Shown: in pieces, positions 12,030 to 24,849 of the stretch | Layout of the letters: each line of letters starts with the position of its first letter | Position numbering within the stretch: the first letter of the stretch is position 1 | Source of the DNA: Octopus sinensis | Lineage: Eukaryota | Assembly: GCF_006345805.1 (NCBI RefSeq) | Contig: NC_042998.1 | Location: forward strand, 18,662,001 to 18,726,000 | Reading direction: 5' to 3' | DNA: 64,000 nucleotides | The notes under the pieces: model-generated | What the model was told of the DNA's origin: nothing | Database searches by the model: none | The model's input: only the letters and a program-made list of their open reading frames with translations | Program-made: the position numbers and the translations under genes

Positions 12030-12348
12030 TGAGAGAGCACATAAATAGCGAGATCATCAGAAAGAAGTCCGGCGTGAGAGATGTCATCGCAGAGTATACA
12101 CGCAGCAAGTATAGATGGGCTGGACACGTCGCCCGGCTCACCGATAATCGGTGGACGCACGCAGTTGTCGAGTGGTACCCGCGCGAGCGGAAAACACGAC
12201 CTGGAAGACCTCCACGACGGTGGAGTTACAATTTCAGGAGGTCGATTGGGATCACGTCGATGAGAAAAGCGCAATCCAGAGAGGAGTGAACAGCGTGCTG
12301 TGACCAGCGGTGTCAAATGGACACCTGACGGACTGGGGTCAAGGTGAT
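12029..12348 (+). mobile_element. RTE-clade LINE, 5'-truncated 3' end
   Basis: Translation ...YRWAGHVARLTDNRWTHAVVEWYPRERKTRPGRPPRRW... is the typical RTE ORF C-terminus; ends ggtcaaggtgat before (TA)n. Confidence 0.9.
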
Positions 12349-12365
12349 ATATATAATATATATAT

Positions 12366-12397
<32 letters not shown>

Positions 12398-12563
12398 CCA
12401 TTAAATTGCTTTGGTCAATCGGTGAACTCGAATCTATGCTCATATGAGTATTTTATGAAAATATGCGTAATGAGTTTCATGAAAACTCTTACTCTCTATT
12501 TCTTTGAATACTCGATATCCTTCAGTCAAGCCCTCTATGAGGAATTTTTGTCAGAGGCTGCAA

Positions 12564-12599
<36 letters not shown>

Positions 12600-12719
12600 G
12601 TTTCATTCAAACTCACTTTCTGAAATCCTTTAAAATATTTGGACCGGAGAAGCTGTAGACCAAGCAACATACCATCCTAATCCGCTATAAATAAACTCAT
12701 ACAACCATAAATAAACAGT

Positions 12720-12781
12720 TATATATATATATGTGTGTGTGTGTGCATATATATGTATGTATGTATACACATATACATGTA

Positions 12782-12814
<33 letters not shown>

Positions 12815-12939
12815 GTATCTATATATATATATATGTATGTATCATATATATATATATATGTATGTATCTATATATATATTATGTATGTATCTATATATAT
12901 ATATTGTATGTTCTATATATATATATGTATGTATTGTGT

Positions 12940-12974
<35 letters not shown>

Positions 12975-13122
12975 TATATATATGTAATATATATAATATA
13001 TTATATATATATATATATGTATGTATATATGTATATTATATATATATGTATGTATATATGTATATTATATATATATATATTAGGTATGTATATATGTATA
13101 TATATATATATATATGTATGTA

Positions 13123-13179
<57 letters not shown>

Positions 13180-13245
13180 TGTATATATATATATATATAC
13201 ACACATACATACATATATAAATATGTAAAGTATGTATATATATAT
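12720..13245. repeat. (TA)/(TATG) low-complexity array
   Basis: Direct reading. Confidence 0.95.
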
Positions 13246-14024
13246 ATAGTTATATTTCGGAAATGGTCATTTTGCCAGTTTAGCCAATAAAAACACACGC
13301 ATAATATATTTGGTGTTATTTTGCTTCAGTGTTATTTATTTTTTACATTAATCTTAATCTTATTTCAGCCAGAGTTCTTTCGTCACACTCCTGTGACCGC
13401 ATCAGTGGTCCTTTGTTTTCTTCTTTCTTATTTGTGTCTCTCCTTACTAACCGTCAGCCATTTTGTATTTCTATTGTATGTTTTCATTTGCGCATGCTTA
13501 TATCTCTATGTGCGTCTATGTTTATTTAGTGTGTGTATGTGGGGGGATGCCTGTAATATTTGTATCTTCTGTTTATATACGTTCATGTAATTTGTATTTT
13601 GTTTTTGTTGTTGTTGTTTTTGTTTATTCTTATTTTTTTCATGTGTTTACATCCGCTTATTATTATCAGTACATATGCTTGTATGTATGTATGTATGTAT
13701 GTATAAAAAACAATACTAGTAATAATAATAATAAATCGAATCGAAAAAATTATATATATGGTATTTGCAATTTGCAGGAAGTGTCTATAGTTGGCCATTA
13801 GAAATAGCAAGAGAACCTCTCCTAAGTTACACTCCACATCGGAAGAGTGCGTCGGATTGTGCAGTTCTGGCTTATCTGCGTAGTGAGAACAGTTTCGATG
13901 TTGGTAGTTCGATATAATTACATCTAAAGTAGACCAAGAAGAACAAAAACAAAAACAAGAAAACTCGGTATACGTTAGACTGTGAGACGGCATATATTCC
14001 TCGTTCATTTCAGTAAAAAGCATA

Positions 14025-14056
<32 letters not shown>

Positions 14057-14129
14057 ACACACACACATACACATCACACATATTCTCACATTATATAGAA
14101 TTACATATTTCTATGTAAATATGTATATA

Positions 14130-14294
14130 GGCGCAGGAGTGGCTGTGTGGTAAGTAGCTTGTTTACCAACCACATGGTTCCGGGTTCAGTCCCACTGCGT
14201 GGCACCTTGGGCAAGTGTCTTCTACTATAGCCTCGGGCCGACCAAAGCCTGGTGAGTAGATTTGGTAGATGGAAACTGAAAGAAGCCCGTCGTA

Positions 14295-14340
<46 letters not shown>

Positions 14341-14553
14341 TGTGTGTGTCTGTGTTTGTCCCCCAGCATCGCTTGACAACCGATGCTGGTGTGTTTACGT
14401 CCCCGACACTTAGCGGTTCGGCAAAAGAGACCGATAGAATAAGTACTGGGCTTACAAAAGAATAAGTCCCGGGGTCGAGTTGCTCGATTAAAGGCGGTGC
14501 TCCAGCATGGCCGCAGTCAAATGACTGAAACAAGTAAAAAAGAAAAAAAAAAG
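14130..14553 (+). mobile_element. tRNA-derived SINE type C (CORE-like), full length
   Basis: Head ggcgcaggagtggctgtgtggtaag...gggttcagtcc; CORE-like caccttgggcaagtgtctt; internal (TA)n(TG)n; tail gactgaaacaagtaaaa. Confidence 0.9.
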
Positions 14554-15142
14554 AATACATATTTGCACACATACATATTTGTAAATACGTGTGTGAGTGT
14601 GTTCATGTATATGTGTGTGTGTGTTTCTGTGCGTGCTTATCTGTGAGCTGTGAGTGTATGTAATGTGTGTGTATTATTTCTTCTGCGCAACACACTATAT
14701 CAATTAGACCATAAACTTCCATACACTTATACATAAATCTATGCACATTCTTTCATGCACTTATTCTTTTATCGTTATCAAAAGTAATACTTCTAATAAA
14801 TATTTCCCTATTTTGTAACAATGACGTCAGTTATGCACACCAGTTCTACAACTTACTAACTATATTCAAAGGAATCTAACCTGAAGAAGGCTTAAGTATT
14901 TAGGCAATGCTTAAGCATTCAACTCTCAAACGAATTTCTATAGCCTTTTGGAAATATATTTACTCGACCAGAGCTAAAGTGTTGCTCAACAATAAAGCAA
15001 ATAAAGAACATATTATTTAGCTGAAACTAATTTCTGACGTGTTGACGAGCGCAACTAACCGGACTCTCATGGTAGAAATAGCAGCTACGCCTAATCTAAA
15101 CGCAACAACAATACTCAGCCAATGACTCATTAAATTCCTATT

Positions 15143-15525
15143 GGAGGCGCAATGGCCCAGTGGTTAGGGCAGCGGACTCGCGGTCGTAGGATCGCAGTTT
15201 CGATTCCCAGACCGGGCGTTGTGAGTGTTTATTGAGCGAAAACACCTAAAAGCTCTACGAGGCTCCGGCAGGGGATGGTGGTGATCCCTGCTGTACTCTT
15301 TCACCACAACTTTCTCTCACTCTTACTTCCTGTTTCTGTTGTACCTGTATTTCAAAGGGCCGGCCTTGTCACTCTCTGTGTCACGCTGAATATTCCCGAG
15401 AACTACGTTAAGGGTGCACGTGTCTGTGGATTGCTCAGCCCCTTACACGTTAATTTCACGAGCAGGCTGTTCCGTTGATTCGGATCAACCGGAACCCTCA
15501 TCGTCGTAACCGACGGAGTGCTTCC
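15143..15525 (+). mobile_element. SINE, R head plus tail a, with TSD
   Basis: 11-bp TSD aaattcctatt at 15132-15142 and 15526-15536. Confidence 0.92.
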
Positions 15526-16598
15526 AAATTCCTATTACACCTGTAAAGTCAAATGAATGATAGCAATATACGTGTATAGAGGAGCATTGACGTGCAGTAC
15601 ATTATTTACAGATGGTAGGATTGAACTCAGTATACCACTGTTGCTAAACAAAACAATGAGGGCATTTCTACATAATCACTTAAACTGCCAAAGTAACCTC
15701 AAATGTTAAATTGCAAATTTAAAGATACATGATTTATGTTAAAACTTATTTTGATAAAGTAAGCTAATTAAGCTATTGGGTTCATACCTCGAAAATAGAT
15801 TTTGTATTGTCTCTTTATTATGTATATTAATATAAATATCCTTCATTCTGAAACATGCAAAAAACATTAGATAAAGTGTATAATGTATTAAGCGCTGAAA
15901 AATGTAACAGTCACGCCTGGAATGCTTTTTTAATATAGTTATGTTTAATCAGAGTTGATATTTGGCTAAACAACAACATTACCAACCACAATCACTTCCT
16001 GAATGAAGACAACACTGGAAAATCCAGCAGGATTTGATTTTAAGTGAGAAAACAGGACGTATATATATAATGCTAACAATTTATCCCGTCATTCGAGTGT
16101 TAATGACAATCCATCAAATATAATACGAAAAATAGTAAATAAATCATAATCCGAACCCTGCGGTTTATCCCTCATTAAAAAATATTCAGTATGTTAATGA
16201 AATTGCCACTTGATACAGGAAGTAGGTCATAGGAAAATAAAAAACCCGGTTAATCAAGACATTACGAGCTTAGGAGATTGAGTCGTTGTGGGGGAGGACT
16301 TCTGTGCAAAGGTTGGGCTTAATTTGCATTGAAAAGGAATGTTTTCCTTCTTAGAACACACAAACACACGCACTATATATATAGTCAACCACACACAATA
16401 ACGCATATACATATATCAAACTCGCATGTGATTCTACAGCGTGCAGAACAACTGATGGGCTTGTGAAACTGTGTAGCTCTTCCTACGTGTAATACGAAAG
16501 GACACGAGTGGAAATGTAAGAAATTAAATGGTATACTCGTACTCGTACTTACTACAGATGACTGTACAGTCCCAATACACAACCGCACAAAAATATAT

Positions 16599-16990
16599 TG
16601 GATTTTGGAAGCACTCCGTCGGTTACGACGACGAGGGTTCCGGTTGACCCGAATCAACGGAACAGCCTGCTCGTGAAATTAACGTGTAAGTGGCTGAGCA
16701 CTCCACAGACACATGTACCCTTAACGTAGTTCTCGGGGATATTCAGCGTGACACAGAGAGTGACAAGGCCGGCCCTTTGAAATACAGGTGCAACAGAAAC
16801 AGGAAGTAAGAGTGAGAGAAAGTTGTGGTGAAAGAGTACAGCAGGGATCACCACCATCCCCTGCCGGAGCCTCGTGGGACTTTTTGGTGTTTTCGCTCAA
16901 TAAACACTCACAACGCCCGGTCTGGGAATCGAAACCGCGATCCTACGACCGCGAGTCCGCTGCCCTAACCACTGGGCCATTGCGCCTCCA
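16599..16990 (-). mobile_element. SINE, R head plus tail a, with TSD (inverted relative to 15143)
   Basis: 13-bp TSD cacaaaaatatat at 16586-16598 and 16991-17003. Confidence 0.92.
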
Positions 16991-17036
16991 CACAAAAATA
17001 TATATATAACATTGTAAAGTATTATACATGTGTATG

Positions 17037-17070
<34 letters not shown>

Positions 17071-17195
17071 TGTATGTATGTGTGTGTGTGTGTGTGTATG
17101 TTAGTGTAAGGCGATTATTTTCAAGCAAATTTCAGTTGAACAAGTGAACATTTACAGAAGTGAAAGCTCAGTATTAAAACCAGAGTAAAATATAT

Positions 17196-17465
17196 AATCG
17201 ACTTCATCCGTTCTTCTGTCCTTGTTTGTCCATTCTGTGTTTAGCCCCTTGTGGGTAGTAAAGAAATAGGTATTTCGTCTGCTGTTACGTTCTGAGTTCA
17301 AATTCCGCCGAGATCGACTTAGCCTTTCGTCCTTTTGGGGTCGATTAAATAAGTACCAGTTACCACTGGGGTCGATGTAATCGATTTAATCCCTTTGTCT
17401 GTCCTTGTTTGTCCCCTCTATGTTTAGTCCCTTGTGGGCGTTGTGCCTATAGTAGAAAAGATTAT
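17196..17465 (+). mobile_element. SINE type M, 5'-truncated dimeric form
   Basis: A 3' part is followed by a head-less second unit starting gtatttcgtctg. Confidence 0.85.
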
Positions 17466-17469
17466 CATT

Positions 17470-17690
17470 ATGGCGACAAAATTGCGGAATCATTAGCGCG
17501 TCGGACAAAGTTATTAACAGCATTTCAATTGGCTCTTGACATTGAGAGTTCAAATCCTGCGCAGTTCGACTTTACATCTCACTCTCTCGGGATTCATGAA
17601 ATGAGTACCAGTTGAGCACTGGTCTCGATGTAGTCAACTTACTCCACCCCCACGAACTTGTTCGCCTTGTGACAAAATCTGAAACCATTA
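17470..17690 (+). mobile_element. Old diverged SINE type M
   Basis: gagagttcaaatcc...tcgacttt...atgagtaccagttgagcactgg. Confidence 0.65.
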
Positions 17691-17699
17691 ACTTTTACC

Positions 17700-17785
17700 A
17701 CTACTACTACTACTACTGCTGATGCTACTACTACTACTACTACTACTACAACTGCTACTACTACTACTACTACTACTACTACTAA
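17700..17785. repeat. (ACT)n microsatellite
   Basis: Direct reading. Confidence 0.95.
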
Positions 17786-18371
17786 CTTCGTTAATATTAA
17801 ATTAAGAGCGTATCCATAAAATGTCATTTGATATAAAGCACTGAATGAAATGAGGTCTGCTTCCTCCCGCCTTTATTTGTTTTTCGTTTTGTTTTTATGA
17901 CTATTTTTTTTTCTGCACTTGAGAGAGATATTTTTAGAAAGCTGTCATCTATTTGATATGTTGTCATCAGAAATAGCAAATAGGCATGAAAAACAAATTT
18001 CTACGTAAATTGTATATACTTTTTGTTGCCCTTCTTTCGTATTGCTTTTCACACATGTCTAGGCAGAAAGAATGATTAACCGAATAACAATGAAAACAAA
18101 ATCATAAAAGAAAAAAATGAAAAGTAGCTAAAATAGAGCGCAACGAAACACCTACACAAAAAAGCAGAAAGATTGCAAAGTTGAAAATTAGTTAATCGAC
18201 CAGCTAGAAACAGTTATTTCATACCTTTCAAATCACACCCTACGATATTAAAGGAAGGACGTATTTGAAAGAGAATATAATAACTCACGCTGGAATAATT
18301 TTGACCGTATGAAGACACGAAAATAGCTTACTTGGATATTAACAACAAATACAAATATTTAGCTTGGTAGA

Positions 18372-18810
18372 GACTGTCTGTGCATTGTCGATTCTCAGAG
18401 GCTTGGCTTCCTGATCTGGGAGCCTCGTATTTGCCGCTGATGAATCACTGCGGGTTCTTTCTGCCTCTACCCACAGCATAGTATCATAGTGCTGGCCACC
18501 TTCCATGGCATGCCACTTTTAACAAGATCATAAAGCATGGCCTAGACGCTGCAGTCTTCCCGGGGCTAGATCGAGAGAACGGTAAAAGACAGGACGTTAT
18601 GAGAAATTTCCCGTTCCGTGCTTGCAGGCCCCTCACCATGGATGCTACATGCTGTGAACCTTTTCCAGTTGTAACTTGGTACGGTCAGCTACCAGTCCAA
18701 GCTCCGCTGCTCGTCAGGCAGATAGAAGCAAGCTATCTAAGTGTTGATCACTCTCCGACAGGTTTATGGTCGAGCCTGTGGCAAAGGATACCTCCGGCGT
18801 TCATGTCCTT
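18372..18810 (+). mobile_element. Decayed CRE-like (R2 group) non-LTR retrotransposon: zinc knuckle plus restriction-like endonuclease region
   Basis: Frameshifted translation: DCLCIVDSQRLGFLIWEPRICR / SAGHLPWHATFNKIIKHGLDAAVFPGLDRENGKRQDVMRNFPFRACRPLTMDATC / CNLVRSATSPSSAARQADRSKLSK*SLSDRFMVEPVAKDTSGV. This follows the H..N...R.D...WD.T...AE..K..KY...F.P.AVET.G pattern of RLE domains. Confidence 0.75.
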
Positions 18811-19090
18811 CCCCTAGACCATATCCCTGCTCACCACTATTAAGGAGACGCCTGTCAACAAGTGTGTGCCCCAAGAGCCATTAGCGTTTCACGATTACAT
18901 AGAAAATCATTACATTAAGTAGCTGCAAACGATGGTGAACTGAAAGTTCAGCGTAATTGGCATGGAATGTTGACCATCAGATTCATGTGTGTGGTGGTCA
19001 GATTTACCAGACCAATTAGTTTTAGCAGACCTATTGGTTTACCAGACAAACTGGGTCAGGTTTAGCAGACCAAGTATCGTCCATGTCGAT

Positions 19091-19497
19091 TTTATTTGTT
19101 TCAGCCATTTGACTGTGGCCATGCTGGGGCACCGCCTTGGAGAAGTTTTATTAGAACGAATTGATCCCAGGACTTATCATTTTAAGCCTGGTATTTATTC
19201 TATCGGTAACTTTTGAGAACCGCTGATTTACGGGAATGTAAACGCATCATCAGCGGTTGTCAAGCGATGGTGGAGGACAAACACTCACACAATAACACAT
19301 ACTCACACACACATTCATATACACATATACATATGTACAACTGACTTCTTTCAATTTCCGTGTACCAAATCCACTCACAAAGATTTTGTCGGCCTGGGGC
19401 TCTAGTAGAAGACACTTGTCCAAAGTGCTAAGCAGTGATATTGAACTCAGAACTATGTTGTTGGGAAGCAAGTTTCTTACCACACAGCCACGCCTGC
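19091..19497 (-). mobile_element. SINE type C, diverged
   Basis: Reverse complement of the 14130 family. Confidence 0.85.
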
Positions 19498-20078
19498 AGG
19501 CGTTTTTTGTTAGTAGAATGTGTTTCGAGTTAATCGACTGATGCTTTTCGCAGATCCACCTGGCAAGGGCTCAGTTGTAGTCTCCAGCGTTTCTGACGAA
19601 TAAATTCTCATATATTTATAGTCGGATTATAGAGCTGAAACGTTCCTCGTTCATCTGTTCGAAAGGAGAGGCATGCCAAGTGACAATGATTCTTCATTTT
19701 CTACAAACGCACACAGCCCGCCCTCCACACGCATAAACATACATACATACCCACACATGAACACATACACACACATACATACAGAGAGAGAGAGGAAGAG
19801 AGAGAGAGAGAAAATGACAGATAGATAAATAGTCCACTGAAATCTAGCAAGCAGAAATTTCGAAGTCACTGTCTTCCAAAATCTTGTAAAAGTTAAATAA
19901 ACATGTTTTCTCTCTCAAAAGTATTGAGTTATCTTTCTGTTTAACGTTAAATTGTTTTTATATATAACATATCTATGTGTGTATACATATGCAGATAAAT
20001 ATGCATGTGTCTACAAATGTAGACACATACACACACACGTGTGTGTGTATGTGTGTATACAAGACTTTCTAAATGCAG

Positions 20079-20111
20079 ACCATTTCAGCAAAGTGGTTTA
20101 GTCTCCGCTTG
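20079..20111 (+). CDS. Candidate 33-nt exon
   Basis: ctttctaaatgcag acceptor, GTGAGT donor, open in two frames (TISAKWFSLRL or PFQQSGLVSA). Confidence 0.15.
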
Positions 20112-20880
20112 GTGAGTGTTGTAATAGGAAACGTGGAGTGGTGTAATGACTTCAGTCATACAAACATCTAATTTCAGAAATCGTGATGTCGTGATACGAC
20201 CCGCGGTCGGACGTCTGTAACTACTTGAACCAATATTTCCGTAAAATTAGGTAATTAACCTTTAGGAAAAAAATAAAACCAAAACACAAACCGCTATATT
20301 TTATTTCCCCTTTATAAATCTGACGGCTGTAACATTGCATGAAACAATATTTGGCACATCAGTATGATTACTTCAACATTTCTTTCACTTCAAAAATTCT
20401 TATTTGGCCTTAAGTCTTTCCATGTTTCCGTGCACTTGTTGTGTAACGTGAACACACTACAAGTAAGATCTTTTTAAATCTTGAAATGCTAGTGAAATAA
20501 ATCAATTTTCCTTGTGATTTTCTTGGTGTTTACTTGAGGTTTGTATATAAACACACATAGAAGTAATTATACTTAATAGCGTAATTACTTCACTTAAAAT
20601 ATTAGTTTATTTGTTACTATTTATTTATTTATTTTTGTTTATTTGTTTTGTTTTGTTATCACGACATAGACTTCGTTGAGACATTAGGTGGTAACAATTG
20701 CTTCAACTGACTTCCAAATGAATATATTAACTGAATATCAACTGTCAATGAAAGGTATGACAAAATGATGGCTTTTCGTGTTAACTTATGAAACCAATAA
20801 AATCGGTATGCATTTAGTTACATACATACGTTAAAACATATTCACATAAAACTTACATACATTACATTTACAAACATATA

Positions 20881-21133
20881 AAAGCGGCGAGCTGGCAGAA
20901 ACGTTAGCACGCCGGGCGAAATGCGTAGCCGTATTTCGTCTGCCGTTACGTTCTGAGTTCAAATTCCACCGAGGTCGACTTTCCCTTTCATCCTTTCGGG
21001 GTCGATTAAATAAGTACCAGTTACCCATTGGGGGTCGAAATAATTGACTTAATCCGTTTGTCTGCCCTTGTCCCCTCTGTGTTTAGCCCCTTGTGGGTAG
21101 TAAAGAAATAGGTATTTCGTTTGTCTTTACGTT
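20881..21133 (+). mobile_element. SINE type M with the start of a second unit
   Basis: Matches 3345-3574, then gtatttcgt. Confidence 0.9.
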
Positions 21134-21179
21134 AACGGAAGTGTATCAGCATGGCAGCAGCTATGAGCTGAAACTACAG

Positions 21180-21244
<65 letters not shown>

Positions 21245-21246
<2 letters not shown>

Positions 21247-21425
21247 GGGAAAGTTTACAAAAAACCAAAAGACGAAGACAAGTGGTGTACAAAACGCTCA
21301 GGAATAGAAAACGTCTTTTACATTTCGAGCCTACGCTCTTCTACAGAAAGGTACACAGAAAAAAACAAGGAGAGAAACAAGGAGAGAAAAAAACAAGGAG
21401 AGAGAAAAAGGAGAGAAAATATGTT
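21245..21425 (-). mobile_element. Penelope-like short repeat carrying a hammerhead-like motif
   Basis: Bounded by TA-rich microsatellites; homologous to 4660-4850; contains the motif at 21315-21350. Confidence 0.6.
21315..21350 (-). ncRNA. Minimal type-I hammerhead-like motif, variant core (A6U plus extra A)
   Basis: CUUU CUGUAGA A GAGC-GUAG-GCUC GAAA U G UA AAAG: helix I CUUU/AAAG, helix II GAGC/GCUC, GUA triplet. Confidence 0.5.
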
Positions 21426-22191
21426 CCAATATATATATACATACATAAACGAATACATACATATATATATGCACGCATACATACATACATACATACATAC
21501 ATACATACATACATACATACATACATACATACATACATACATACATACATACATACATGCATACATACATACTTAAATACATACAAGTAGATAGGCTATG
21601 AGAAAACACGTCTTCTTGTCCTATCACAAAATACCTTTGGGAATGCGCACTGAATTCAATCTGCGTACGCATTTCGAAACATAGACAAGATTTTCCTAAA
21701 GTTCAGCATCTGACTGTCTCTGAGCAGTAATTTTTATTTAAATACCACGAAAGGAATCTTCTTTTGTTTGAGACCAGTTCAAAATGGAAAGATTGAAATA
21801 AAGAAAACCAAAAACATGCGTATATGCTTATGAGTGTGTAGTTTTCTTATAATAGTGGGAGAAGGTAGGTTACAACGAGCGGTTTTTGTACAGAGATTTC
21901 GATTCAGTTTGCAGAGGAGATGGCTGCACAGTATTACAAAAATAACAAAGAAAAAGACAGTTTTGTAAAGCGCGTATTGTAGTTTAGTGGTAAGAAAGCA
22001 TTTGTAAACCAAACAGCTGGCCTATTACTTAATGCTGTCTAGGCGGTCGAGGGTGTGCCTCAAGATTTGTTATGGGAGCCTCGTTGTACCTCCATTGTTT
22101 ATGCAGGCAGATGGATGCGTTGCAGGGTGTGATGGTATATCTGTACAGGAAATGAAAGCACATGTAATCAAATCGAATATATATATATATA

Positions 22192-22235
<44 letters not shown>

Positions 22236-22379
22236 TATATGCATATATATGTATATATATATATATTATGCATATATGATATATATGTATATATATATAT
22301 ATTATATGCATATATGCAATATATATATATATTATATATATATATAATATGCATATATGTGTATATATATATATATGCA

Positions 22380-22572
22380 TTTTTTCGTTGTGTTAACTGT
22401 CCTGTACTCCATTTTTGTTGTTTTTAAAAAAATGTCATGTTTCTTTGGTTTGTGTCTATGTTTTCGACGTCCCTTTGGTGTCCTGTACTCATATATGCGT
22501 GTATATGTACATGTAGAGGTAGGTACGTACATATATGTTTATATATATGCATATGTTTTATTTCTTTTATTA
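22380..22572 (+). repeat. Partial copy (right arm) of the 54145-54392 fold-back family
   Basis: tttggtgtcctgtactcatatatgc...gtaggtacgtacata...gcatatgttttattt matches 54299-54392. Confidence 0.8.
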
Positions 22573-22696
22573 ATATATATATATATATATATGCATATAT
22601 ATATATATATGTATGTATATATGTATGTATGTATATATATCAATATACATACATACACATATATTTATATGCGTATGTGCGCGTGTGTGTATGTGC

Positions 22697-22728
<32 letters not shown>

Positions 22729-23034
22729 TATGTTGCCAAAAATAAAGTAAAAATTAAGAGATCTGCATAGAATGTTGGTAGGCATTTTCGAGAAGTAATT
22801 TAACCTACTGCATTCCAGGATCCCAGTCAAATCTATAGCATGGCAAAAAAAAAGGAAAAAAAAAAGAAAAAATATAAAAAATGAAATTCAAACGGGAAAA
22901 TTCACTCAAGAAGCTAACCGCATAGGAAAAGTTGATGATAATGGCGTTATCTCAGCATGGGCAAATACTCTATGCTGGAATTCATGAGAATAAAAAGAAT
23001 ATACGCATACATACATACATACATACATCCGTAC

Positions 23035-23072
<38 letters not shown>

Positions 23073-23489
23073 TTTGTGTGTGTGTGCGTGCACGCGTGTG
23101 TAAGTGTGTGTGTGGACTATGTATATACATATATATATGTGTATGTATGTATACATATATGTAGGTGTATGTGTATTTACACGGAAGCGGATATATATGG
23201 GTATATATGTGTCCATCAATATATTTTTTCGTATATACATATATATATATATATGAGTGTATATATTTATATAAGAGTATATAAATATGCATAATTTTAT
23301 ATTTAATTACACGCACGCTTGCATAGAAACACAAAGCAGGCATACATATGCATATATGCTCATAAACATACAGAAACACATTTATGTATATTTCCTCCAC
23401 CTTGACATAACAACATGAATATATGCTGCAGTTGATTGTACTATATTTTCTACAGTTTACTTTTCTAAACTCAGGAGCTTCAACATAGT

Positions 23490-23493
23490 AATG

Positions 23494-23532
<39 letters not shown>
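23490..23532. repeat. (AAT)n microsatellite
   Basis: Direct reading. Confidence 0.95.
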
Positions 23533-23533
<1 letters not shown>

Positions 23534-23711
23534 GTATATGTAATGCCATGCGCTGTTTATCTTGATAGGAGGTCACCATGTCACGCACATATGGTTCTGA
23601 TGCATGTGCCTGGTGTAACCTTATCAGAGGGGTAGACATGATAAGTATATAGTGGGTTTTGAATAGTTGTACCCCAGCGTCACTTTAATGGCATGCACTA
23701 CTTTCTCATTC

Positions 23712-23849
23712 AATAATAATAATAATAATAATAATAAGAAGAAGAGAAGAAGAAGAAGAAGAAGAAGAAGAAGAAGAAGAAGAAGAAGAAGAAGAAGAAA
23801 AGAAGAAGAAGAAGAAGAAGAAGAAGAAGAAGAAGAAGAAGAAGAAGAA
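23712..23849. repeat. (AAT)n grading into a long (AAG)n microsatellite
   Basis: Direct reading. Confidence 0.95.
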
Positions 23850-24600
23850 TTGATTGTCTGAGGCTGGAATGTCCAACAGACATACGGAATCGTTAGAACG
23901 TCAGACACAATCGCTTGCAGCATTTCTCGTCGCTTTTAACTTTTGAGAGATCAAAGCCTGCAGAGATAAAATTTTCCTTTCTTATTTCTGACGTCGATAA
24001 AATGAAATAGTTATGTAAGAAAAATGGAAACGTGGAATTATAAGAACCTTGGACAAAATTTCTTATAGTTTTCACTCCGAATGTGAATCTTAAGGAAACC
24101 AACTTTATAGTCCATCCCTCGTTGCTCAAAAGAATAAACCACTAAATATAAGTACGCAATCCTCTTCCGTGCTAACGTTCATGTCCCTGAGAATACACTA
24201 AGCCAACGGTGCAAGGGACAACAGCTTCAGCATTGTGGTACAAAACTATTGCACCCAACCAGAAATTTTACTCACACAGACACAAGCGCGTGCACACTTA
24301 CCAACATCCAAAAATAAATCATTCATTCCTCATACATATATGACGCATCATACATACATCTCACCCTAAAAAGGTGAACCTTTCCAATGGTTTTGTTTTT
24401 AAAAGTGAAATGAAAGTGGACAGGTAGGATTCTAAAGAAATATTTCCTCTGATACCGTCTCCCTACCATGCATATATAAAAGTATGTTGGTGCAAACAGG
24501 AAAGATAGAACTCAAAATGTGAGTATACGTATATATTTTTTATTAATATTTAGCAGAAGTAGCAGAGTGACGCAAGGACTTTGTGTCACTCTGTTACTTC

Positions 24601-24752
24601 GGCTGTGTGGTAAATAGCTTGCTTAGGAACCACATGGTTCCGGGTTCAGTCCCACTGCGTGGAACCTTGGACAAGTGTCTTCTACTAAAACCTCGGGCCG
24701 ACCAAAGCCTTGTGAGTGGATTTGGTAGACGGAAAATGAAAGAAACCCGTCG

Positions 24753-24798
<46 letters not shown>

Positions 24799-24814
24799 GT
24801 GTGTGTGCGTGTGT

Positions 24815-24849
<35 letters not shown>

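Noticed and set aside
13778-13918. Plus-strand frame SVYSWPLEIAREPLL...SFDVGSS, and DGxxxx motifs at ~15612, ~16440 and ~31595 suggesting WD40 exons
   Set aside because: There are no good donors, stops follow closely, and no WD repeat is complete; this is probably pattern-matching noise.
15275-16857. Two near-identical 67-aa ORFs (MVVIPAVLFHHNF...) and recurring MLGDK..., MRNWYL... and MFSLNKH... ORFs
   Set aside because: They lie entirely within SINE copies; the recurrence reflects the repeat, not a gene family.
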